The notes under the pieces: generated by a model
What the model was told of the DNA's origin: nothing
Seen by the model: only the letters and a program-made list of their open reading frames with translations
Databases searched by the model: none
Part shown: one piece after another, positions 40,156-48,278 of the stretch
How the letters are laid out: the number at the start of each line of letters is the position of its first letter
Numbering within the stretch: position 1 is the first letter of the stretch
Position numbers and translations under genes: made by a program
From: an uncultured Clostridia bacterium
Lineage (GTDB): Bacteria; Bacillota; Clostridia; TANB77; CAG-508
Length of the DNA stretch: 64,000 nucleotides
Reading direction: 5' to 3'
NCBI GenBank assembly: GCA_949948835.1
Contig: CATLHF010000001.1
Coordinates: forward strand, 1,069 to 65,068

Positions 40156-40458
40156 ATGGAAGAAAGTAAAAACATTATTATCTTTAATGACTTTTCTGTT
40201 TTTTCATCCTATCCAAAAGAAATCACCAAAGATTGGTTACGGAAATCAACTCATTTCTTAACTACTTATACGAAACCATTTTCAGTATGCCCTGATGAGA
40301 GGATTTTAATTGTTGTTACTGAAGTCAATCCAGTTATATCTTCCATTGTCATGAGTTCACCTATAGGAATTCATGATACAATTGATATGTTAGAAAGGGT
40401 TATTGATTTGTTAGAAACGAATGAAACAGACTTCTTTTTCCCTAATAAAGGTTTCTAA
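40156..40458 (+). CDS. Hypothetical protein
   Basis: AGGAGGAAAC RBS, 100 aa, with an in-frame CGG at 40240-40242. Confidence 0.55.
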   Translation: MEESKNIIIFNDFSVFSSYPKEITKDWLRKSTHFLTTYTKPFSVCPDERILIVVTEVNPVISSIVMSSPIGIHDTIDMLERVIDLLETNETDFFFPNKGF

Positions 40459-40486
40459 GTATGTTTCGTTTTTTGAAACATATCTT

Positions 40487-40525
40487 AAAAGGCGTAAACT
40501 TTAACAGTTTACGCCTTTTTCTGTT
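40487..40525. terminator. Bidirectional terminator
   Basis: aaaaggcgtaaac / gtttacgcctttt. Confidence 0.75.
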
Positions 40526-40526
40526 T

Positions 40527-40961
40527 TTATAATCTTGTTATTGCCTCTCTTGCCATTTCATCACAGCGGTTATTATATTCATTGTCGCTATGTCCTTTTA
40601 CTTTAATGAAAGTAACATCATGTGATTTCGTTAATCCATATAATTCTTCCCATAGTTCTTTGTTTTTTACTGGTTCTTTACTTGCATTTTTCCAGCCATT
40701 TTTCATCCAGCCATAAATCCATTTTTGGTTAAATGCATTTACAACATAAGCACTATCACTATATACTCTTACTTTGCACTTAAATTTTAATAATTTTAAT
40801 GCTTCAATAACAGCCGTTAATTCCATCACATTATTTGTTGTATCTTTTCTTCCACCCGAAATTTCTTTTCTATTTTCTTGATACATTAAAATGCTTCCCC
40901 ACCCTCCTGGACCTGGGTTTCCAGAACATGCACCATCAGTATAAATAATAACTTCTTCCAT
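40527..40961 (-). CDS. rnhA: Ribonuclease HI
   Basis: [17 protein letters not shown]. Start set at MEEVIIY, which follows GGAGG. Confidence 0.9.
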   Translation of the reverse strand: MEEVIIYTDGACSGNPGPGGWGSILMYQENRKEISGGRKDTTNNVMELTAVIEALKLLKFKCKVRVYSDSAYVVNAFNQKWIYGWMKNGWKNASKEPVKNKELWEELYGLTKSHDVTFIKVKGHSDNEYNNRCDEMAREAITRL

Positions 40962-41067
40962 TTTTTCCTCCAAAACAAGTTTTTTTGACATAATATTTGA
41001 AAAATATACGATTTTATGATATTATATCAATAACTGTTTTTAAATTGCAAGATAGGAGGAGAAATTT

Positions 41068-42301
41068 ATGAATAAAGTACTAGGAATTATTGCAGAATAT
41101 AATCCATTTCACAATGGCCATTTATATCATTTAGCTGAATCAAAAAAAGCAATTAACGCTAACTATACAGTGGCTATCATGAGTGGTAATTTTGTACAAC
41201 GTGGTGACACTTCTCTAATAAATAAATGGTCTAAAGCCGAAATGGCTCTTAAAAATGGTATCGACCTTGTTATAGAGTTGCCACTTATTTACAGTATTTC
41301 TAGCGCCGAAAATTTCGCACGTGGAAGTATTAAACTTCTTAACTCATTAAATATTGTTGATTACCTTTCTTTTGGAAGCGAATTATGTGATGTAACTATT
41401 TTAAATGAATTTGCAAGAGTTTTATATACAGAACCAAAAGAATATGTCTCTATTTTAAACCACGAATTAGGAAAAGGCTTTTCTTATCCAAAAGCAAGAG
41501 AAAATGCACTTCTTATTTATTTAAATGATATTCGTAAATATGCTAATATTTTGTCTAGTCCAAATAATATTTTAGCAATTGAATATTTAAAAGCTTTAAA
41601 AGAAGAAAATAGCCCTATTATTCCTATTAGTATTAGGCGTAATAAAGTAGATTATAATGATACACAAATTGTAGATGGTTTTGCAAGTGCCACAGCTATT
41701 CGAAAAATTGCTTTAACCAATGACGTTTGGAGCTTACGAAAAGCTATGCCAAAAACTTCTTTTGACATTATGTATGAAGAATTACGTTCTCGGAAAAACG
41801 GTTTCAAATTTATCGAAATTTGAACACCAAATTATTTATAATTTACGAAAAATGACACTTTCTGAAATTGCAGATTTACCAGATGTTACAGAAGGACTAG
41901 AAAACCTAATTAAAAACGCTGCAAATTCTTGTAATACCATTGACGAACTAATTAGTATTGTAAAAAGTAAACGTTATACTGTAACCAGATTACAACGAAT
42001 TTTAGTATATTGCCTACTTGGCATTACCAAAAAAGATATGCAAAACTCAAAAAAAGCGACCCCATATATTCGTGTTCTTGGATTTAACGAAAAGGGAAAA
42101 GAACTATTGTCTGGAATTGCACATACCAATCCAAAACTAGATATTGTTACCTCTCCTCGTAAATTTTTAGACCAATCCAATAACCGAATTTTAAAATCAA
42201 TGTTAGAAAAAGATATTTTTGCAACAGACGTATACACATTAGGATATGACTACGATTCATGTAGTAATCTTGACTTTACACATCCAATTATTCATATATA
42301 G
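41068..42301 (+). pseudogene. tmcAL: tRNA(Met) cytidine acetate ligase (YlbM/DUF795 nucleotidyltransferase) with one +1 frameshift
   Basis: GIIAEYNPFHNGHLYHL. ORFs 41068..41823 and 41720..42301. Skipping the C at 41791 joins MYEELRS|GKTVSNLSKFEHQIIYNLRKM. Confidence 0.8.
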
Positions 42302-42303
42302 AT

Positions 42304-42338
42304 AAAGGAGATGACTGTTTAAGGTCATCTCCTTTTTG
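42304..42338. terminator. Bidirectional terminator
   Basis: aaaggagatgac / gtcatctccttt followed by TT. Confidence 0.75.
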
Positions 42339-42344
42339 AAATAA

Positions 42345-42632
42345 TTATGCATAATAATCCACTTGCTTAATAACAGGAGCATATTCTTTATCCATTTGTT
42401 GAATCGCTTCACTTATCATGTTCTCCTGATTTTCATTGCTATCGGTTCCTGATACAATCGAATAATCAAAATCAAATTTTTGGAAAGTAATGTCATACAA
42501 TTCTTCCTTACTTCCTCTAAATCCTATTGCTTCAAACACCCTCGATTTTATCGATATAACAATAGAACAAGTACAAATTACAATAGCCACAATGATTCCA
42601 ATCCCCAATAAAGTCCACTCTAAAATGTTCAC
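42345..42632 (-). CDS. Hypothetical small membrane-anchored protein
   Basis: 95 aa with one N-terminal TM segment. GTG start. Confidence 0.5.
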   Translation of the reverse strand: MNILEWTLLGIGIIVAIVICTCSIVISIKSRVFEAIGFRGSKEELYDITFQKFDFDYSIVSGTDSNENQENMISEAIQQMDKEYAPVIKQVDYYA

Positions 42633-42688
42633 CTTTTCCCTATTCTTGTCATATATTGTAGTATAACCTAAAATAAGGAGGAATTATA

Positions 42689-43042
42689 ATGCGTAGAAGA
42701 TGTAATTGTCATAAATGTTGTTTAAGTAATTATTCAAATTACCAAGACGACCTTATGGAAAAAGCATGTAAAGACGTTGATAATACTATTTGCGGTTGTG
42801 GCAAAGATGATTGTGGTTGTGGATTTGATGAAGAAGAATCTGTATTCCCTACAAATCCTATGCTTGCTCAAAGCTATGTGCCTTGGCAAACCATGGACAA
42901 AACTTTTAAGCCATGTGTTGGTTTAAAAATGGGAACTATTTTTCCAGAATTAGTTAGCCCATATGTTCCTTGTCAAGATATCGAAGAAATGGAATTTATC
43001 AAACAAACAAATATGATTGGAGAGGGGTGTAACAAATGTTAG
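42689..43042 (+). CDS. cotJA: Spore coat associated protein CotJA with a Cys-rich N-terminal extension
   Basis: Core AQSYVPWQTMDKTFKPCVGLKMGTIFPELVSPYVP. It is the first gene of a cotJABC arrangement. Confidence 0.75.
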   Translation: MRRRCNCHKCCLSNYSNYQDDLMEKACKDVDNTICGCGKDDCGCGFDEEESVFPTNPMLAQSYVPWQTMDKTFKPCVGLKMGTIFPELVSPYVPCQDIEEMEFIKQTNMIGEGCNKC

Positions 43043-43359
43043 AAGAAATGACAGAAAATAGAACTCATTGTGAATGTGATTGTCCTTGTGAAAACCAATG
43101 TGAATGTGACAATTCATTACGAAGTGAAATGATGATGCAACTTAGAGCTTACAAATTCTCTATTATCGAACTTGGACTATATTTGGACACTCATCCAGAT
43201 GATGAAAAAGCACTTTGCTTGCACAGAGAATATACCAATAAAGCAAAAGAGTTATCCGACAAATATCAAAAAATGTTCGGACCTCTAACAATCTTTTATC
43301 CATGTAAAAAATGGAGATGGCTAGAAGAACCTTGGCCATGGGAAAGGGGGAACTTTTAA
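43036..43359 (+). CDS. cotJB: Spore coat protein CotJB
   Basis: LRAYKFSIIELGLYLDTHPDDEKAL...PWPWE. Confidence 0.8.
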   Translation: MLEEMTENRTHCECDCPCENQCECDNSLRSEMMMQLRAYKFSIIELGLYLDTHPDDEKALCLHREYTNKAKELSDKYQKMFGPLTIFYPCKKWRWLEEPWPWERGNF

Positions 43360-44039
43360 TGTGGACTTATACAAAAGCACTAGAATATCCTATTAAAATA
43401 AAATGTGCAAACCCAAGACTTGCTAAATTCATTATTTCACAATATGGTGGACCAGATGGCGAGCTTGCTGCCTCTCTTCGTTATTTATCGCAAAGATTTG
43501 GCATGCCAGACCAAAAAGCAAAAGCAATCTTAAATGATATAGGAACTGAAGAATTAGCCCATCTTGAAATGGTTGGAACAATTGTACACCAATTAACAGA
43601 TGGTGTATGTCCTGAAGAATTAGAAAAGGCAGGTTTAGGCGCATATTATACCGACCATGGTGTAGATGTATACCCTTCTTCTGCTGCTGGTGTACCTTTT
43701 ACAGCTGCTTATATTGCTGCTAAAGGTGACCCAATTGCAAACTTACAAGAAAATTTAGCAGCTGAACAAAAAGCAAGAGCAACGTATGAAAAATTAATTA
43801 ATCTATGTAAAGATGACCCAGATGTTGTAGAACCACTTCGTTTCCTACGTGAAAGAGAGGTTGTTCACTTCCAAAGATTTGGTGAAGCATTACGTGGTGT
43901 TCAAGATAAACTTGCTCAAAAGAAATTCTATATGAATAATTGCAAAGAAGATAAAAAATTATTAGAATGTACAAAAGATTTTAATATGGTAAACAATTAT
44001 AATCCATGCGATAGTTTATGTAATTGTAATAATCGATAA
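43359..44039 (+). CDS. cotJC: Spore coat protein CotJC (manganese catalase family)
   Basis: MWTYTKALEYPIKIK..FIISQYGGPDGELAASLRYLSQRF, EELAHLEMV. TAATG overlap with cotJB. Confidence 0.9.
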   Translation: MWTYTKALEYPIKIKCANPRLAKFIISQYGGPDGELAASLRYLSQRFGMPDQKAKAILNDIGTEELAHLEMVGTIVHQLTDGVCPEELEKAGLGAYYTDHGVDVYPSSAAGVPFTAAYIAAKGDPIANLQENLAAEQKARATYEKLINLCKDDPDVVEPLRFLREREVVHFQRFGEALRGVQDKLAQKKFYMNNCKEDKKLLECTKDFNMVNNYNPCDSLCNCNNR

Positions 44040-44056
44040 AATTAACCTAATTAAAA

Positions 44057-44090
44057 AGAGGCGAATGTAATTAGTTCATTTGCCTCTTTT
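44057..44090 (+). terminator. Terminator after cotJC
   Basis: agaggcgaatg / catttgcctct followed by TTT. Confidence 0.6.
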
Positions 44091-44118
44091 TGCATTTTTA
44101 TGTAAATTATGTTATAAT
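44090..44118 (+). promoter_or_regulatory. Sigma-A-type promoter, twin of the one at 40095-40123
   Basis: TTGCAT, a 17-nt spacer and TATAAT. The first 20 nt are identical to 40095-40114. Confidence 0.55.
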
Positions 44119-44194
44119 ATAGATAGCTTAATTTAATAACCTATGATGGATACAATGTGTTCATCAACCATCAAATAAAGAAAGGAAAAAATTT

Positions 44195-45061
44195 ATGAAA
44201 AAATTGACACCCTTTATTATGGTACTATTAACCTTATCCTTAATTGGATGCAGTAATTCTGCAACTAAAGAAACAAAAGATGTTTCATCTTCTATTGAAG
44301 ATTCATCTCTTCAAAGTGAGATTATAGCTCTTCGGGATGAGAAAATTTTGCTTTCGGATGAGAATACGGTTCTTCGAAACGAAAATACCTCTCTCCGAAA
44401 CGAGAATACCTCTCTTCAAAGTCAGCTTGAATCTCTTCAAACTGGAAATGAATCTTTTCAAAATGAGAGCACAGCTCTTCAGAACGAAAATGCATCTTTA
44501 CAAAGCGAAAAAACAGCTCTTCAAAATGAGAACTCATCTCTTCGGAATGAAAATGCATCTTTGCAAAACGAGAATGCATCTCTACGAAGTGAGAATAGTT
44601 CTCTAAAAGAACAGCTTCGGCAACAGGTGAATTCGACACCCTCTCCATCACCAGCTCCTACACCCAAGAAAACTACAGTTAGTATTTCTTCAACTTCGCT
44701 TACTGTTCCTCAAATTCCAAAAGAATCTGAAAAAATAAAAGCAAGTTTCTTATACTGTGGTCAGTCTTTTAGTCTCTCACCTAGTAGTGAAGATAATCGA
44801 GAGCATCTAAGCTATGCTACACTACCCTATTATGGTGAGCCTATTATTAGGAGTTGCGATGTTGTTCTTTCTGGAATAACAGTAAATGCAATTTACCGGA
44901 TGGACGCTGGAACTTGGACTGCTATTGAAGGACTGCAATTTGATAATGTTGACAACACTTATATCGCTTCTCTTTACATTAGGGGGACAGATGTAAATGT
45001 ATTTATGGTACAGACCATAAATGGTTCTCATTATTATTTGGGGATAAGGTCCCAGTATTAA
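44195..45061 (+). CDS. Lipoprotein with a heptad (21-nt) tandem-repeat coiled-coil region and a C-terminal globular domain
   Basis: Lipobox LSLIGCS. Repeats of LxNENxS. Four in-frame CGG codons. Confidence 0.7.
   Translation: MKKLTPFIMVLLTLSLIGCSNSATKETKDVSSSIEDSSLQSEIIALRDEKILLSDENTVLRNENTSLRNENTSLQSQLESLQTGNESFQNESTALQNENASLQSEKTALQNENSSLRNENASLQNENASLRSENSSLKEQLRQQVNSTPSPSPAPTPKKTTVSISSTSLTVPQIPKESEKIKASFLYCGQSFSLSPSSEDNREHLSYATLPYYGEPIIRSCDVVLSGITVNAIYRMDAGTWTAIEGLQFDNVDNTYIASLYIRGTDVNVFMVQTINGSHYYLGIRSQY
44325..44625 (+). repeat. About 14 imperfect tandem copies of a 21-nt unit (consensus approx. tct ctt caa/cga aat gag aat gca)
   Basis: Encodes ...LRDEKILLSDENTVLRNENTSLRNENTSLQSQLESLQTGNESFQNESTALQNENASLQSEKTALQNENSSLRNENASLQNENASLRSENSSLKEQL. 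Two forward frames and one reverse frame are open across it. Confidence 0.8.
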
Positions 45062-45063
45062 AA

Positions 45064-45105
45064 CCATTGGCAGGGTATATTTATCTAACCCTGCCAGTGG
45101 TTTTT
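45064..45105. terminator. Bidirectional terminator between the lipoprotein gene and spoIIP
   Basis: ccattggcagggt / accctgccagtgg followed by TTTTT. Confidence 0.7.
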
Positions 45106-46237
45106 ATTTATTTACTTCATCAAGCACTTTAGCTAAATATTTCATACTAGTTATACACTGTTCCATCGTATTCCCTGTTGCTCCTACTTCGATAATAGTC
45201 GCTGCTTTTGTTAAGTGTTGGTTGTACCTTGAATTACGTACAATAATTGGTCGAAATAATCCTGGGTATAGTTCATTTGCTTTTTGCTGTACTTTTACAG
45301 CAAATTTTAAGTTGTTCTGCCAGTTTAAGTGTTGCAATCCTCCCCCATCAGTTCCAATCACAAACATAAGCTGTGCCGCTGTTTCATCACCTATTTTAAC
45401 ACAAGGTGCATAATCTGGCATACTTCCTACAGCATCTCTATGTAAATCAATTACCATTTGTGTTTCTGGTTGATCCTTAAGAACATTTTTTACTGTCTCA
45501 AGTGATTTTCCATAAGAACCACTATATTGCGGATAATCATGGTACGTTTTATCGTGTGTTACGTGAAAACCATAACTTGTTAGTTGTTTTTCAAGTTCCG
45601 TTCCCACTCTTGCTACACTATAATTTAAATCGGTAGTTCGATAACTTCCAGTCATTTGATAATTAAAGCTTTCAGTTGGGGTATAACTTTCACATGTATG
45701 TGTATGGAAAATAATAACATCCTTTTTATTTTCTAATGTAATATTGGGTGTTAATGTATCAGCTGTTATTTCTCTATTCGATTCATTTTTCACTTTTACT
45801 GTTCCATATTCTCCATTATATTTTGGTGTTATATTATGCTCTGTCACTTGTGCTGTTTCTAAGTTGGTCCCTGCTTGTTCTACTTGCTCTTTTGTTTCAT
45901 TTGTTACTACTCCATCCTCTTCTTTATCCTCAATTAGTGTATCAATCATTCCTAGTTCTACTCCAAGCATTCTTCTTAAAGAAGACCCCCTTGAAGTTAC
46001 TTTTTTTGCATCTTCCTCTAACTTTTGAATTCCACTATTTGCTTTCATCGCTGGCAATGTTTTTTCAATACACGAAATAAAACTGGTATTTTCGAAAACA
46101 GAAGATATAGAATGTGTTTGTTTCTTGGATATTGTTTCTATCATACCTTTTATGCCAAACAATAGACAAATTAAAATACATGCAATTAATATATATTTTG
46201 CAAGGGATCTTATATTTATTACGGTTACATTAATCAT
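45104..46237 (-). CDS. spoIIP: Stage II sporulation protein P
   Basis: N-terminal TM segment. IIFHTHTCESY motif and an amidase-like C-terminal domain. Confidence 0.85.
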   Translation of the reverse strand: MINVTVINIRSLAKYILIACILICLLFGIKGMIETISKKQTHSISSVFENTSFISCIEKTLPAMKANSGIQKLEEDAKKVTSRGSSLRRMLGVELGMIDTLIEDKEEDGVVTNETKEQVEQAGTNLETAQVTEHNITPKYNGEYGTVKVKNESNREITADTLTPNITLENKKDVIIFHTHTCESYTPTESFNYQMTGSYRTTDLNYSVARVGTELEKQLTSYGFHVTHDKTYHDYPQYSGSYGKSLETVKNVLKDQPETQMVIDLHRDAVGSMPDYAPCVKIGDETAAQLMFVIGTDGGGLQHLNWQNNLKFAVKVQQKANELYPGLFRPIIVRNSRYNQHLTKAATIIEVGATGNTMEQCITSMKYLAKVLDEVNK

Positions 46238-46318
46238 TCTTTTCTCCTTAGTTACAATTATATATTTATATATATTTATATATATTCAAATCTGTCCAAT
46301 TTATGCCAAATATGTGTT

Positions 46319-46348
46319 GTAGGGGGCGATGTTTTCATCGCCCCCTAC
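46319..46348. terminator. GC-rich hairpin immediately downstream of hisS
   Basis: gtagggggcgatg tttt catcgccccctac. Confidence 0.6.
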
Positions 46349-46350
46349 CA

Positions 46351-47601
46351 TTATTTTATGTTTTCAATTATTTTTCTTACCTCTAATTCTGTTTGGGTTT
46401 CTTCTCCTGTTGTCATATTCTTTATTTTTGCCTTTCCTGCATTTACTTCGTCTTCTCCCATTACCATTAAAAATTTAGCATTCATTTTATCAGCATACTT
46501 TAAACTTGCTTTCATGCTTCTTTCACAAATATCGGTCTCAATATACAACTCATTTTTACGTAATTCTAATGCTAATGTTGAAACTGCTTCTTCTGCTACT
46601 TCTCCAATTGATGCAATATATAAATCTGGTTTACGAATTGCTACTTCTTGTGTTTGATTATATTTTTCAAAAATATCGATTAATCTATCCTCTCCCATAG
46701 CAAAGCCAATCGCTTCTGTTTTTTGTCCTCCTAGTTCTTCTACTAATCCGTCATATCTTCCTCCTGCAAGAACAGTGTAGCCTTCTGTTTCTGATACAAA
46801 TTCAAAAACGGTTTTTGTATAGTAATCTAAACCACGTACAATTCCAGAATCAATCACATAGTCAATCTTTAATTTTTCTAATGCTCTTTTTACATTTTCA
46901 AAATGAGCACTACATTCTTCACATAGGTAATCTAAAATAATTGGTGCACCTTGATTTAATTCTTTACATTTCTTTTCTTTACAATCTAAAATTCGCATTG
47001 GATTTTTTTCAAATCTTGTTTTACAAGTACCACAGTATTGTTCTATATTTTTACCAATAAACTCTTTTAATGCTTCTTGATATTTTTTTCTACAAGTAGG
47101 ACAACCAATACTATTAATATTTAGTATCACTCCTGGTATGTTAAATTTTTTAATGATTTGGTCTGCCATAACAATTAATTCTACATCAGCTTTATACGAT
47201 GCTGTTCCTATAATTTCTGCTCCAATTTGTCTAAATTCTCTGTATCTTCCTTTTTGCACATTTTCATAGCGATACATTGGCATCATATACCACATTTTAG
47301 TTGGAGATGGTAAAGATGCCATTCCATTTTCAATATAGGCTCTTACTACACCTGCTGTTCCCTCTGGCCTTAATGTGATACTTCTTTCTCCTTTATCTAG
47401 GAATGTATACATTTCTTTTTGTACAACATCTGTTGTATCTCCTACTCCTCTTTCAAATAGTTCTGTTTGTTCAAATACTGGTACACGTATTTCTTTAAAT
47501 CCATAATTTTCTAATATTTCTTTTGCTTTTTCTTCTACATATGCCCATTTATAAGAACACTCAGGCAATATGTCTTTTGTTCCTTTTGGTTTTTGTATCA
47601 T
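46351..47601 (-). CDS. hisS: Histidine--tRNA ligase
   Basis: Start at MIQKPKGTKDILP, which follows AGGAGGAG. Class II motifs (RYREFRQ, GGRYDGL). Confidence 0.9.
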   Translation of the reverse strand: MIQKPKGTKDILPECSYKWAYVEEKAKEILENYGFKEIRVPVFEQTELFERGVGDTTDVVQKEMYTFLDKGERSITLRPEGTAGVVRAYIENGMASLPSPTKMWYMMPMYRYENVQKGRYREFRQIGAEIIGTASYKADVELIVMADQIIKKFNIPGVILNINSIGCPTCRKKYQEALKEFIGKNIEQYCGTCKTRFEKNPMRILDCKEKKCKELNQGAPIILDYLCEECSAHFENVKRALEKLKIDYVIDSGIVRGLDYYTKTVFEFVSETEGYTVLAGGRYDGLVEELGGQKTEAIGFAMGEDRLIDIFEKYNQTQEVAIRKPDLYIASIGEVAEEAVSTLALELRKNELYIETDICERSMKASLKYADKMNAKFLMVMGEDEVNAGKAKIKNMTTGEETQTELEVRKIIENIK

Positions 47602-47614
47602 ATAATATCTCCTC

Positions 47615-48262
47615 CTATAATTCACGTTCTCTTAATTCTAAATAAATTGGTTTTTCTTCTCGTATCATAGTAGATTTTCCATGTCCTGGATAGCAAATGG
47701 TATCCTCTGGTAACACCATTAGCTTGTTAGTAATTGAATCCATTATGTCAACCAAGCCACCTGTTGGTAAATCAGTTCTTCCCCATGTTCCACGAAATAA
47801 GGTATCTCCACTAAATAACATCTTTTCTTTCTCACAATAAAGAGAGGTTCCCCCATTGGTATGCCCTGGAGTATGAATTACTCTAAATTCTAGTTCTCCT
47901 AGATGAATTAGATCATTATCATCAATTCTAGAATCCTCTTCTAACCTAATATCTGGTATACCAATATAGTAATTTAATGTAATTTCTGGATTTCTTAAAT
48001 TTTCACTTTCTGTTCGTTCAATTAATACTTTTGCCCCATACCTATTTTGTAAATCTACAACAGCTCCTGTGTGGTCACCATGGCAATGTGTTAAATAAAT
48101 ATATTTTAGCTTTGCATGTAATATCTCTAACATATCGCATATCTCTTCAGCATGACTTGCAGGGTCAATTACCATTGCTTCTTTACTTTCTTCATCTACT
48201 ATAATATAACAATTCGTTGGATCTGCCAAGTTTGTTTCTAATTGTAATCGTTTTAATATCAT
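47615..48262 (-). CDS. MBL-fold metallo-hydrolase
   Basis: THCHGDH motif. The start is uncertain (GTG at 48271 or ATG at 48262). Confidence 0.8.
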   Translation of the reverse strand: MILKRLQLETNLADPTNCYIIVDEESKEAMVIDPASHAEEICDMLEILHAKLKYIYLTHCHGDHTGAVVDLQNRYGAKVLIERTESENLRNPEITLNYYIGIPDIRLEEDSRIDDNDLIHLGELEFRVIHTPGHTNGGTSLYCEKEKMLFSGDTLFRGTWGRTDLPTGGLVDIMDSITNKLMVLPEDTICYPGHGKSTMIREEKPIYLELREREL

Positions 48263-48278
48263 TTGTAACACCTTTTCA

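Noticed and set aside
44322-44651. Alternative-frame ORFs across the lipoprotein repeat (44322..44651 on the minus strand, 44337..44606 on the plus strand).
   Set aside because: They are open only because the 21-nt repeat unit lacks stop triplets in those frames. They have no RBS and no independent support.
46351-47625. An expected T-box leader upstream of hisS.
   Set aside because: The hisS start (47601) lies inside the 3' end of the upstream MBL-hydrolase gene, which ends at 47615, leaving no leader space. hisS is apparently co-transcribed with rel and the MBL gene.
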